NCBI GenBank assembly: GCA_905178155.1
Contig: CAJINV010000008.1
Coordinates: forward strand, 1,550,001-1,614,000
Direction of reading: 5' to 3'
Length of the DNA: 64,000 bases
From: Amoebophrya sp. A120
Taxonomy: Eukaryota > Protista > Dinoflagellata
A program made the translations under genes and the position numbers. Under the pieces are notes generated by a model. The model saw only the letters and a list, made by a program, of their open reading frames with translations. It had not been told where the DNA came from and searched no databases. This document shows, piece after piece, positions 29,354-43,700 of this stretch; position 1 is the stretch's first letter; every line of letters begins with the position of its first letter.

Positions 29354-30147
29354 ATGGATAACGCCGGGGCCGCTGGCCGTGGCCCCCCAGGTGGCATTCT
29401 ACCAACGACGATGGAAGATGTCCGCAGTTCAGCAGCGCAGGCCCGCGAGCTGCTAGCGCCGGGCGATGACGACGGAGACCTTCTTGAGAATTGTTGCCCA
29501 CGCCTCTCGTACAAGCAACGAATCACCGGATGGGCCGCATGCTTCGCTGTGGGGACCATAATAAGTGTAGAGCAAGCATATAATTTCAGCAAGATTTTTA
29601 TCTTTACACATGATCGATGCATGATGATGTGTCGCCGCGTGTGCGACAATAACGAACAAACTCGGTTTCCTCATTCATAATTCTCACCACGAGTCAAGTA
29701 ATAGTTCTCGTTCTTCTAGCACCAGCACACCATAGAGGAGCTGGAGCATAGAATTACTTGTTGACAACTTCCACAGATTGTAATTCATTGTCTTTACGAC
29801 AGCTCGCAGCGTCCCACCGGTTTCACAGGGACCCCGGCGCTTTTGCTCGGCTATACACCCTAGGAAATTTAGTGGCGCTCTCGGGATCTTTCTTTCTGAT
29901 GGGACCAGCTGCGCAGCTCAAGCGAATGCTGGACAAGGAGCGGAGGTGGACCGTCTTCGCATTGATTATCCTCTTTACCAGCACCATCACCGTTTCGGTG
30001 TTGCTAGACGCGACCAAGTTCAGCACCCGGATATTAATTTTGTTTCTTGTCCTTTTCCAGTACGCGGCCATGACGTGGTACACTTTGAGTTACATCCCAT
30101 ACGCCAGATCTTGTGTTACGAACTGTCTTCGGGGCTTGCTCTTCTAG
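29354..30147 (+). CDS. SFT2: SFT2/Got1-family vesicle transport protein (185 aa); intron 29567-29802 (GT-AG)
   Basis: LSYKQRITGWAACF; FARLYTLGNLVALSGSFFLMGPAAQLKRM; QYAAMTWYTLSYIPYAR. Confidence 0.88.
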
Positions 30148-31768
30148 CAAAACCCGTCCTGTTCATGCTGTACTATCGACATGCATATTATACCAATGTA
30201 TGTGCGTGCGTCCGCGAGGAAGGCCGGCATAATAATCAGCACGGTCGCCGAAAGTGCTTCCTCGCCCACCCCCCGGGGAGGGGATCCTTGACCTGTGGCG
30301 CTGGGAGCGGGTGTCCACTACATGATGACGATGATGATGAAACCACACCGCAGCTATATCGTGCTTATTGAAAAACTGCGCCATACAAAACTATTTCCAC
30401 AGCAGCAGGCCACAAGAACCAAAGCATATTCTTCAAGGCAATCGGAGGGTCGGTGCTCTATTCGGTCCTCACGGTGCCAACAGTTGTTCGTACAGCGACC
30501 GCCTACTGCCACTACTTTGAAAAGACGCAAATGCATGCCAGCACTTGTTCTTCCCCCATCGCCATTTGATGGGAACGAGAACGCTGTGTCAGTTACCGTC
30601 CTCGTTTTTGTTGGTTGTGGTTTTTGCACCTGCTGGTGCTGGTGCCTTCTTGGTGCATTCCGTTTTTCGCGTTCTTTCAAAAATTTGTCCTGGTTCCGGT
30701 ACTACGGCTCCTTTTACTATCCCTGGCAACTTCTACAGCTACAACGTGGCCGTGAGGAACATGTCGCCTCCCTCTGAGAGTGAGAGAAGTTCAAGTTGAA
30801 GTTACTGTTCCGTTGTCGTGCCAACATACTTACTTACTATATTGATCCCGCATCGGTGCTTCATTTCGTCGTCTTGACGAGAAGTCTTTGTCGTAACCCA
30901 CTGCCCTCTGTCTCTGTACTTGATTGATAGAACCGGCATCGGTCCATCATCTCATGAACTGCTTCGAGTGGCCGCTGGATATTCTATGCAATGAGTTGAA
31001 ATTGTAAATTTGTTGTTTCAAAAAAACAAAATAGTTTCACCTTCTGTCGAGTTGTACAACCAAAAGATTGCTGTTTGCGAAACGTAAAGCCTTTTGTCTT
31101 TGACAGTCGTGAAGATCTTCGTATAGACTTCTTCACGATTCATCCTCACATCAAGATGGAATGACTCAGTTTGGTCGTTTTTTCATTCTTGCACCGCCTG
31201 CAGCAGAACAAGCTGGCGTTTTCAACAGTAAAGGTTATTCAGTTTCGCGATCGAAAAACTCATTGTTTGCTGGAAGTAAGTATGCAAGTAACTACTTCTT
31301 GGTATGACAGTTTCTGTTTCGCTCTGGCGATTATAGTTTCTCTTTTTTTTTGCTAAATTCAAAAAAGACCGGTATCGTACCGTAAGCCTTTCAAGTCTTG
31401 TTTCATCATTCGTTTTGTAGTACTAGTCCTGTTTGCTACTAGTAGATCTACAAGCAATTACATATCCAAAGAAGTTCACTTTACATGCATCTTCTTGAGT
31501 TATTGATGCTTGTTGTTTGTGCCTGGCTTACTCTTGTCAAGCACACACTGAGACTCTCGCCATTTTGAAACAGGTCGTCAACTTTGTCCTGCTTCACTGG
31601 GCGATTTGAGATTTTTTTTTGCCTTTGACTTCTTGATTTTGCCGGCGTTCCCATCTTTTTCGTGCTTCATTACATAAGTACTAAATAACGCTACTTCACT
31701 TTTTCAACGTACAAATTTTGCATTTTTTTTTCCCAATATCGTCTTCGCTTACGTGCTAGTTTGCGAAG

Positions 31769-34700
31769 ATGGTGTTTCTATTTTCACGTCGGTTCGACGC
31801 ATATCAAACGTAAAAATGTCTGGGTCTGGAAGAATTCATGTTTGTCATGCTTGTCTGGCATGACTCTTAGATCTGTCATGCACATTACCCAAGAGCTCCG
31901 CTTTTCTGTGATGCAGAAGCGCAGTTTGTCATGCAGAATAGGCAACACCTAGGACCTCAGAAACTTGTCATGCTGAGCCAGCATTTGCAGCCTCATCATG
32001 AGACGCCACCCAGCATCACAAGTTTCCAGACCCAGACACTTTTGCACTTGATAACGCAGCTGCTCGGACTACTCTAATCGGTCTCGCGTTTTTGGGAGGA
32101 CAACAGCTCCTCCTCTCCGTTTATCACATGTAAAATCACAATTTCCCGCAGGCACATCATCAATTGCAATTTGCAACGCGCTTGCGGACGTACGTAAAAG
32201 GCTTGCAGGTTGGCAGGCACGTGCTGGGTCGTCTGGTCGTCCTGACATGCACTGGATATTGAGCTCAAGGCTGAGTCGGGTGATAGTGATTTTACACATG
32301 ATAGCGCTGCTGGTTTCTACTCATCCAGTGGTCGAACTATACCATATCGAATGTGAACATGTATATGCCTCTGTCATCTGGATGAAAGAATGTTTTCACA
32401 CAACTTGAACTTGTCATGCGATTTTCAGTTTGGCGACCAAATCAACACTTACATTCGGATTCCGCGACAGTCGTTAAAATTGTTTTCTTGTGCGCGAAAG
32501 CTGATGTGAAGACAAAACAAATGCTTAATGTGGTTTTGGCGTCACGTCGTCAGCGAACCTTTACAACGAGTGAAAAAATTCCAAGAAGCTTCGGATCCAG
32601 GTGACTAAGTAGAGACATATTTTCTTGTACAGGATACACTGCAGCAGTCGGCTCATGGAGCAGGCGACATTGGTCCGCCTCGTGCAGCTCGTGCAGCCAC
32701 AAAATACAACCAGGTGCTCCTCCAGGACGGGCTCCATACCTCAACCCGCGGCGGAAATCGGGAAGTACGTTCTGAGAAATCTAGTTCAGGTTCAACATCA
32801 TCATCTTCCTCTTTATCATCGTCCATGAATTTGTTTTCGATGAAAGCGAGCGTGAAGGATTGGTGGACGTCGATGCAGCACAGCCTGATCCCTCCCGTGC
32901 CATCTCTGGAAGACCAAGACAAAAAGATTTGCGACCAGTTTGTCGGGTGCTACAAGGTGCCGGAGAATCTGACCATCACGGTGGACACGAGCCGCTTTCT
33001 CCCGGACAGCGACAATCCGAACGAGCCGGGTCCGCTGCCCTTTCCCACCACGCCGGTGAAGTGCGCGGCGTACTGCTACGAAACGGGGCTCTGGCCCGAA
33101 ATGGTGTACATTGCCGACGGCGGCAACACCTGCCTGTGCTCGGTGGAAGGTCCCGAGACGAAGCAGCTCCGCGCGGCCTTCGTGCCGGTGTCGCCCACGA
33201 AGTGCCGGACCGCCATGTGCGAGGAGACGGACTTCGAGTTCCACGGCCACGAGAAGAACTACTGCGGCGGGAGTATTTCCACCGACATTTTCTCCGTCTA
33301 CCGCTGGCACGTGTGCGACAAGAAAACTCCCCTGGACAACCCGGTCGACAACAAGTGCCGGTGCGACTTCGGCCTCGGCGCGACGGGGGTCGACTGCCAG
33401 GTGGACATGGCCACCAAGTTATCGGCATGGCAAATTATAAGATATTATCTGGGTCTGGAATAAAACTGGTGCACCGCCGCTTGTCTTCATGAGCATTTTA
33501 CATGACCCAAGTTGTCTACTGCGGTGTAAATGCATGCTATAGCGTCACAGAAGATTTTCCGATTCCTTCTTGATGCCTCTCTCGCATCGAACACGCCCTC
33601 TCCGCGGAGCAAAAACTGAACTCCGCCTACTGCTCAGGCAAAAATACCAACTCCTTTAGAATCGAAAAGAAGCATCAGAAGTTTCGTTCAGACTTCCGGA
33701 CCCAGGAAGAGACATATTTGCAATGCATACAAGTGTATGGAATGCAACGAGGGGTACCATTTGAACGACACGGACCTGCACAGCGAGTACATCGACTGTC
33801 TCGAGTATCAAAAGAAAAAAGCTCGTCACGATCACTCATGGGCATTTTTGCAATACAAAATTGTCTGTCATGCGTAAAAATCCATCACAGCCACACTTCA
33901 TAAGGGATTTTCCTAGTGTTTCTGCAATACAAGGAGAAGTTGTGACGCTAAAAAGATTTGTAATGCAAAGCCTGCAACTTAGTGACTGTGACAAACTTTT
34001 TTCAATCCATATCGAGAACGTCTGCACCTGCCAGCACGGCCTCGGCAGCGTGAACAAGCAGTGCCCGACCCACGACCTGCCGAAGTGCGCGAGCTGCTTC
34101 GTATGAAAGCCTCAGAATGGAAATCCTCAAAGTGGAAATAATTTGTGATGCATGAAATGCACGGCAAAAAAGACTGTGTTGCAGAGGACACAATGGAGAC
34201 CGACTATTGTCCTGTTAGGGGTTCAGAACTGGGCTGCTGATTAGCACGAGAGAAGGGCACCCCTTTGCCTACCTAGCATGACAGACATGCTTTGAGTGCC
34301 CGGAAAATTTGTCATGCGCCGACTAGAAATGGCACTTGATCTGGAGTCGCTTTTTTGCATTACAAATTATTTCAACTTTGACGATTTCCAACCTGAGGCT
34401 TTCATACTTCGAGGAAAAGGGGTACACGCTGGACCGGGATCTGTGCCGGCTGCGGCAGTGCACCTTATCAAATGCAAAAATGTCTGGGTCTGGAAGATTG
34501 CGAGATTTGTCATGCATATTTCGGACCACGCAAATGGTGTCTGATGCAGGCAAAAACATCACAGGTTTTGAGCACGCCTCATGATGCCTGTCCCGCATGA
34601 GAAACTTGCTACTTGCGTACCAAGAAGTGGGCAGCTTTTGGCGCTCATGCAACACAAATTTTTGTCTGTTCCAGATTTTGCATCACAAGTTCCAACTCTT

Positions 34701-37700
34701 CCAGACCCAGACATTTTTGCATTTGATACACCTGCAAGAACGGCAACGCCGACGTCGGCGTCCCTTGCGAGATCGACGCAACGCCCTCGTGCGAGTCGTG
34801 CGACCCCGGCTACTTCCTGCCGAACGGAACCAAGCACTTCGACGGCGGTTGCAAGCGCAAGCAGTGCACCTGCGCGAACGGGTTCCCCACCAATGGTACC
34901 GCGTGTCCCGAGCATGGGTTCGAGAAGTGCCTGTTCTGTGCGGACGGGTTCTACCTAACGGAGGACTTCACTTGCGAACTCAAGAAGTGCACGTGCAGCA
35001 ACGGCGTGGCGGCGGAGGGCACGGACTGTCCCATGCACAACACCGAATTCTGCATGAGTTGCGATGAGCCGGGGGGCTATGTGCTGGAGAACAACAAGTG
35101 CCATCGGCGACACTGCACCTGCGAACACGGGAAGGAGCGGTGGGGCCTGCCGTGCACCATCGACGGGGAGCACCAGTGCGCCAGCTGTATGGCGTTCTCA
35201 AACGTTACACTCTCAACTGTTACATGGATTTCTAATGCAACAACAGAAATAGCGAAGGTGGCAATATTGCTGCTTTCGCATCACAGATTTGACACAGATT
35301 ATCATGCTTTTTAGCCCTTCGAAAATTTGTCATGCTAACCACCTTGATCAAGTGGAGGCTGATGGCAATTTTGCATGACAAATCCGTGCAACAATTGAGA
35401 ACGTAACAGTTGAGAATGCCATAAGCTGCGACGCTGGGTTCGCGTTGAAGCCTCCGGTATCCTGTGCAAAAGTATCGCACTCGCAGTAATTGCATTTATG
35501 CATTACGAATCTCTTTATCAAGGCAAATCAGCATCACAAATTTGATTTGTAATGCTTGGCTAATTTGTAATGCTAATGCATTTATACGAGTGCGATACTT
35601 TAACTTTTGCAATCCATACCCGGCGGCATTCGACAAAATCACCGAGCACGGGCAGACCTGTGCGGGGCACCCGTTGCAGATCGGCGAAGGCGACTCAAAG
35701 TACTCGGAGTTCGCCGTTCCGAAGGGTTTCTGGAGCGTGAACGTGTGTCAGGACTTGTGTCAGAACGACCCGGGCTGCATGTTTTTCGTTTTTTCCGAGG
35801 ACAAGCTGTGTGCGCTTTTTGAAACGTGTGCGAATTTTGTCCCGGCCGGTCCAAAGTACGGCGACGCCGTTGTGTTCAGGAAAAACACGGCAAACGACGA
35901 GCCGCCTGGCACCTCTGACGTCACGCAGTGCATGGCGAAAAACTGTACCTGCGAACACGGTCTCCCGGTCGGAGCGGCCGAATGTCCGGCAGAAGGCGAG
36001 CCCTTCTGCGACAGTTGCGCGGCGGGGTACCACATGGAGGGAAGCGTGCTCGACCACACGCTGACGCGGCGGTGCGACGAGAATGTGTGCGTATGCCCGC
36101 ATGGAACCGGAGCCACCAACACCGGGTGCGAGAAGCACGGCAGTCTTTTCTGCGTCAGCTGCAACGAGCCGGATGGCTACTTTCTCGAAAACCACAGTTG
36201 TCGACTCCGGCAGTGCGTCTGCGAAAATGGTGCGGGCGAGGTAGGCAAGGATTGCTCGCAGGACAAGAATCACGAATGCCACCCGGAAAAGTGCGCCGTG
36301 GGGCACTACCACAAGAAAAGCGGAAACAGCGAACAATCCTTCTGCCCTTTGAAGGAATGCACGTGCGAAAACGGGGAGGCCTTCAAGGGGGCGCAGTGTG
36401 ATCAGCACGGTATGGAGAAGTGTTCCAAATGCGACGACGGCTTCCATTTGAACCACGCCACGCACGAATGCGAGCAAAACGTCTGCGAGTGTGGAAACGG
36501 CGAACCGGCGAAGCAGCTGCAATGCCCGCAACACGGGGAGCCGGGGTGTGCGACCTGCGACGAAGGTTTCCACATGTTTGGAGGCAAGGAAGTAGCTGCG
36601 GGTCTTCTCGGCGGCAAGGACGAGCACGGTTGTCCCGCAGGATCCGCGGCCGTTGCGTTCCGCGGCCAATATTTGGGTGCGGACATTGGCGGCTGTGGCT
36701 TGCATGGGTGCGGTGCCCGCTACAAGTACCCCACCATTGAAAGCTGCATCGAAGCCTGCAAGGCGGATTCTCGCTGCAAGGCATTCAATTGGGCTCCCAA
36801 AAACGGCGATCGAAATCACCGCCAGCACAAAGTTTGTACCTTGTACAACCATGCCAGACCGAACCAGCTCTGGCCGGGCGGCGACGGAAAGATGCACGCG
36901 ATTCTTTGCGAGATGAAAACCCAGGGAGCAGATCAGCAGGGCTGCCCCAAAGGCTCCAAAGCAGTCGCTTTCCGCGGCCAGTACCTCGGTGCGGATATCG
37001 GCGGCTGTGGGCTGCGTGGCTGCGGGGCGCGCTACAAGTACCCGACAAAGGAAAGCTGCCTTGCCGCCTGCAAAAAGGATTCGCGCTGCAAGGCGTTCAA
37101 CTGGGCCCCAAAAAATGGCGATCGGAATCACCGCCAGCACAAGGTTTGCACCCTGTATAACCATGCCAGACCCAATCAACTGTGGCCCGGTGGGGACGGC
37201 AAAATGCACGCAATTCTTTGCGAAATGTCGAGAGATGTTGACGGTGAAGACGAGTCTGCATCCGCTACGCTCCGGATTGGCGCAGAGTGCGCAATGAACA
37301 AGTGCACTTGCGAAAATGGACAGGGCGCCGAAGCAGACGACTGCCCAAAACACGACGAGCCAAAGTGCGTCAGCTGCGACGACAAGGCCGGCTATACGCT
37401 GGAGGACATCAGTTGCAGAGAGAAGAAGTGCACCTGCGGCAATGGGGTGGGATCTATCGGGAAGCCGTGCCCCGAGGACAACAAAGAGCACTGCGCGAGC
37501 TGCGAGGGCGGCTTTCACCTAGATGCTGCCGCGTGTGTGGAGAACGTGTGTACGTGTCCGAACGGAAGCGCAACGAGAGAAAAGATGTGTGCGGAGCACG
37601 AGCAGCCGGGGTGTGAGAAGTGCAACGACGGCTTCCATGTCGAGGGCTCGATTTCTGTTCCGGACCCGAACGGCTGTCCGGCGGGCTCCGTCGCGTTGAA

Positions 37701-40700
37701 GTACCGCGGCCGCTACAAGGGCGTGGCAATCGGCGGCTGTGGCATGTTCGGTTGTAACGCCCGTTACGACTATCCCACGATTGAAAGTTGCTACGAGGCC
37801 TGCGCCCAAACGCCGAGGTGCAAAAGCTTCGAATGGGCACCGTTGAACGGAGACAGAAACCACGTGGACAAAAAAGTATATCTTGTTGCAATCAGCTCAG
37901 TCACTTGGCCTTATTTACTCACTGAGCAGTTGTTGACCTCTCGACTGTGACCTCCTGAAATGCTCAGCAAAATGCTGCGCCAGCATCAAACGCTTTGGCT
38001 TTATACGAGAGGTCAAAGTGGAAAAATTTAATTTCCGATGAGTGACAAGCTCCAGCTGTAGAACCAGATTAAGTATCTGACTCGATAAGTATGCATCTCG
38101 ATATTTGACAGGTGTGTGGAATGTGGCCGCACGCGAACCCGAACAGCTTGTGGCCGGGCGGCGACGGGCAGTATCACATGATCCTTTGCAAGATGGGCGC
38201 TTCTCCGATTGGTTCCGGTACCGTGAGCTCCATTCAACTGAAAGGGCGTTTAGGGCAGGAGAAGGTTCGCATCAACGCGCGGGACAGCAAAGTAGAGTAC
38301 CGGCTGGCGAAGGGCGACAAGTCGTACGACCTGCCCACGCCGGTGAACGAGTATCATGAGAAAAAAGTGTATACAGTTACACATTTGTTGGAGTTTCTGC
38401 ATCACAAATTTTCCCTGTTTGGCACAGAAAACTTGTAGTGCGAAGATCATAAGGGAAAACAGGAAGGAAACGAGGCTCCCAAGCATTTCCTGCATGAGAA
38501 AGGTTGTCTGTGTTGCCGGTCTTGCAACACAATGCGCAACTGTAACACTTTTTTGTTGCGATAACGAGGGCGAGGAGTTTAGTATCGAGTTTCTGAACGA
38601 CAATGGCCCCAGGGACGTGTTTGTAACCGAGGCGGACAAGTTTCTGATTCGCACGGGCAAGCGCTCCTGGCCCTCGTGCCCCACATTCACGGCAATTTTC
38701 CGGGGCGGTCGGTGCGACTTGGTGCGCAAAGGCGTATTCGCCTGGCGGACCAAGTACTTTTTGACCGCGAAGGCGAGCACCGATGGTCCCGGGAAGTTTT
38801 GCAAGAAAAATGAGTGCACGTGCGACCACGGGGTCGGCTGCGAGGCCGACCGCTGCCCCGAGCACCAGTCGCCCAAATGCGCCTCTTGCAACGACCAGGC
38901 CGGCTACGTGCTTGACGGCGAGGAAGACACGTGCGTGCCAAAAGTTTGCAAATGTTTGAACGGAGAACCCGCGAAACTTGCCGCCTGCCCGCACAATAAA
39001 GATCCCAAGTGCGCCAAGTGCGACGCTGGGTTCCACCTCACGCCGGACTTTAAGTGCGAGGAAAATGCCTGCAAGTGCGACCATGGCCAGCCCACCATGG
39101 GTTTAACGTGCGAAAAGCATGGCGCTGTCGATTGCGAAAGCTGCGACGACGGTTACCACCAGCGCGCACTAGCTCCAGGGCTGCAGGCGGATAATTTATC
39201 TAGTGGGGCGGAAAGTAAGCAGTTCGAGTGTGCGCTCAACGAGTGCAAATGTGCGCATGGCAAGGCCGCGGTTGGCAAAAAATGTCCGCAGACGGGGGAG
39301 CCGAAGTGCGAATCTTGCGACGAACAAGCGGGCTTTTCCCTCACCGAGGACTCGCTGTGCGAGAAGCGGAAGTGCCTCTGCGAGCACGGGGAGGCGGCAG
39401 TTGGCCAAGCGTGTCCGAAGACGGGCGATGCGAAATGCGTGAAGTGCGACAAGGGTTACCTCTTGGACGAGGAGGATGGTATCTGCAAGGAACCCGAATC
39501 GAAAACGTTGAGCCTGCAAACCGGAAAAGCCACGTGGATTGGGTGCTTCAAGGACGACAAGAGCCGCTCCATGAAGCGGTACATCGGGAACCAGATGACC
39601 GTGGAGGGCTGCAAAGCCGCCTGCAGTCACTACGACTATTTCGCAATTCAGTACGGCACCGAGTGCCGGTGCGCAAACAAGTTCGAGTTTGCGAAATACG
39701 TCGAACAAGGTCCGGACCAGAAATACGGAAAGGCGAGCACGTTCGACTGCAAGTTGTGTGAGGAAGACAAGGCGCTAAAGCCGTCGGACCCGAAGGCAAA
39801 GTGGTGCGGTGGCGGATGGCGAAACTCCGTGTACGAACACAAACGCGATGTGGAGTTATCAAAAGGGAAAAAAACCCCTCCCCATATCAAAACGAAATTT
39901 CTGATGTTGGATTTGCGTACACAAATCAGCCTTGTCTTGCAGTAGAGGACTGCAGGCCCATATCATGCCTGCGTGGAGAGGTTTTGGCCTAGGCGCTCAG
40001 CATGACAAAGGTCTATGCCTTAGGCCCATCAGCATCACAAAGCGCCGGAATAATCCGGGGGGCCTTCTGGGTTCGCCTTCTTGCAAGGCAGTGGCGATTT
40101 GTGACCACAAATCACCATCACAAATTTCCAAAAGTGTGCCTTTTCAATATGGGGAGGGGGAGTTTTTCCTTCTCATAGGAGTACGTCGGATGCTACAAGG
40201 ATACCGGCGACCGCGCCTTGAAAATGGTCGGGTGGAGCGAGATATCCTGTGCAAAATTATCGTACTCGTATTCTTGCAGTCATGCATTACAAATCTTTTC
40301 CTGAAGGTAGATTCGCATTACAAATTTTATTTCTCATGCTGAGGAAATTTGTACTGGATTTATACGAGTACGATACTTTTGCAGTTCATACGAGACCTTG
40401 GAAACGTGCGCGGATAAGTGTTCGAAAGCGAACTACGACTACTTTGCCCTGCAGTGGGGCACGCAATGCGGCTGTGGGAATGGGATGGACAAGAAAAAAC
40501 ACGGCGACAAGATCGACGATGGCAAGTAAAGATGATGTGCGAATTATATCGTTGCTTATTCCTATTCGCATAGTGAGCTCGATGATAGAGATAGGGAAAA
40601 AAAAAGTGTGACTTTGGTCACATCGATCCGTTAGGTTTCCGATACACTGCTCCACAACACACAAACAACTGTTCTACAACCATTAGGTGCAACCACAAGG

Positions 40701-43700
40701 GCGCTCCGGCCTGCAAAGGCGGCGCGAATTTCAAGTATTGTGGCGGAGGGTGGAGTAATGCGGTTTACCAGTACATCGGTACCGACCAAGATGCGCCGTT
40801 GCCGGCCTGCGAGAAGAAGAACGGCTGGCGGTGCGTGAACGATATCGCGGTCAAGTACTTCCAGACTCCCATGAACTACAAGAATGCGATATGCAATGTA
40901 AATTTCCTACTCCTGCACATGTACAAAATGCATGACAAATTTCGCTAACTTGCAGTGTCCAGCTTGTCATGCTACACTAGGACTGAAGGCAAGTTTTGTC
41001 ATGCAGAGACTGCATTTGTACGTGTACAGGAAATTTACTGTGGATATGCGATGCGCACGTGCTGGAGCTATGGTGCGGTGCTCGCAAAGGTGAATGAGCA
41101 AGAGGAAAACGATATCCTGAGTAAAAACGTACCCACACCATAGTTGTCATGCAACTCTGCATGCTTAAAATGTTTCTCATGCGGAGCCCCATGAGAAGCA
41201 TTTTCTAGTGCGGTTTTGAAATTTGTCATGCTCCAATCAGCACGAGATACTAGATCTGTAATGCTGCTAAACTAGCTCAAACAGCACTACACTACGCGGA
41301 CAAACTTGTCATGCCAAACAACCAAAGCTAGCTGATTTGTCTAGCAGATTCCCCATCCTGACTCTGGTGTGGGTACGTTTTTACTCAGGATAAACGAGGT
41401 TTTGCAGTACCTCGTCCCGCGCAAGAGGCGCAACGTCTACATTGCGGCTTCCGACGTGCAAACGGGGAAGCAGTTCATCTGGGCCGACGGCGAGGTCGTG
41501 CCCGACGACGACCCCGCCTGGAACAAGGGTGAGCCGAACAATTGGCGCAACAAGGAGGACTGCACCGAGCGCAAGCCGAACGGAAAATGGAACGACATCG
41601 CGTGCTTCGGCAAGCGCGACTTCGTGTGCTCCAAGCCGCGGGAGGTGGGGAAGTCCATGCTGGACTTGGAAAAGAAGGAGGTCACGCTCGTCACCGGCAA
41701 AGCGACCCACCTGGGCTGCTTTGGAGACGACAAGCATCGCGCCATCAAGCGCTACCACGGGCGGGGCCTCACGCTGGCCAGTTGCAAAGCGCAGTGCTCG
41801 CACTACGACTACTTCGCAATACAAGCCAATCACTTCTGCTTCTGCGCGAACAAGGGGTTTTGGGACACGAGTGTCCCCAAGTACCAGGACGTGCCCCCGA
41901 CCGAGTGTGCTTTCTGTTGGAAGCCGGTGGGCACCACGCGAGAACGGGACGTCGACCCCGAGCAGGGATACAAGTGCGGGTCGGGCTGGCGCAACTCCGT
42001 GTACCAGCACGAGCCCGACGTGGAGTACGTCGGTTGCTTCCAGGACAAGCCGGCCCGTGCGTTGAAAATGGTCAGCTGGAACGCGGACTTTGACTACTGC
42101 GCGGACCGCTGCGCCAAGACCGGCAGCAAGTTTTTCGCCCTGCAGTGGGGCAACCAGTGCGGGTGCGGGCAGACGGAAGAAGACCACAAGAAGTTTGGCG
42201 CGCGGCTGCCGGACGAAAAGTGCCACGTGCCGCACCGGAAGTGCAACCACAATTCGGACTTCAAGTACTGCGGCGGCGGGTGGACCAACGCCGTGTACAG
42301 GTTCAAAGCCAACAAGGACCGCCCGGACGCGGACTATCCTGTGCAAAAGTATCGTACTCCTCGTAGTGAAAGTGATCGCAATTATGCATTACAAATCTGG
42401 TTCCCAAGGCAAATCAGCATGACAAATGGGAATTTGTTATGCTGAGCGAATTTGTATTGCAATTCCTACTAGTACGATACTTTTGCAATGCATACGGACA
42501 AGTCCGTCACGATCCCCAGCTGCAAGGACGACTCGGACTGGCGGTGCGCGGGCGACCTCGCCTACATATGGGAGTGTCAGAATCGAAATTAACAAAATCG
42601 AAATGATTTGTCATGCACAAAATACATTCCAGCTCGAACCCAGTTTCTAAGTGGCGCATGACAAATTCTGGTGGTGCCTGAATACAGTTTGTAATGCTGC
42701 TTCGGCAAAGAAGACTGCTTCTCTCATGCTGCTTTAGCAGCTCGAGCTATAACCCCAAACAGGCTTACAATCGGCCTCACTTGCCTGCTCTGCATCACAC
42801 ACATTTCGCGTCATGTATTTTATGCATTACAAATTTTTCGATTTTGTCAATTTCGATCCTGACAGGAGTTCCATACTACAAGTACTTTCCGTACACTCTC
42901 AACTTCAACCAGGCCATGGACTACTGCATGTCCTTCGGGGCGACAGTTGCGACGGTGAAGAGCAAGTGGCAGAACGAGGTGGTCCGTGCGCTCAGTGGGA
43001 AGCTGACGCAGCCCTACATCGGTGCGAACGACAAAAACACGGAGAGGCAGTTCGTCTGGCCCGGGGACGGCTCACTCGTGTCGCAAACGTACAGCAGCTG
43101 GAACCGCGGGGAGCCGAACGACTGGAGAAAATCAGAAGACTGCACCGCGGTCCGGAGAGCCGGCGACGGCCTGACGTGGAACGACTTGACCTGCAACAGC
43201 AGGCGAGACTTCGTTTGCAGCAAGCCGATCGAAACGCCGGAGCCGCCGGTACTCGAGCTCGCGGTCGGGTCGGTCAAGTACCTCGGCTGTTTCAAAGACA
43301 ACGGCAAGCGGAACCTGAAGCGGTACCAGGGCAACGGGCACACCGTGGAGTCCTGCAAGGTGCAGTGCCAGTCCTACGACCTGTTCGCCGTGCAGAACGG
43401 CTCTGAGTGCTTCTGCGGCAACAAGAATTTCGTGAAGCTGAGGGAAAGACCCGCGTACCCGGAAGCGCCCCTCACCGACTGTCGCGCCTGCAAGGCAAAC
43501 GACAAAACGTTCTGCGGCGGGGGGTGGCGCAACAGCGTCTATGAGCACGAACCGAACGTCGAGTTCCTCGGCTGCTTCAAGGACAAGCCAAAGCGCGCCA
43601 TGAAAATGCAGTTTCCCGGCGGCAAAAATTTGGAGGAGTGCATGGACATTTGCAGTTCCTACGATTACTTCGCGCTGCAGTGGGGCGACCAGTGTGCCTG

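Noticed and set aside
30163-30799. Short ORFs downstream of SFT2
   Set aside because: Overlapping frames with no recognisable product; likely UTR or intergenic DNA
35695-37518. 607-aa minus-strand ORF and similar ORFs at 41381, 46195 and 57993
   Set aside because: Antisense shadows of GC-rich coding sequence
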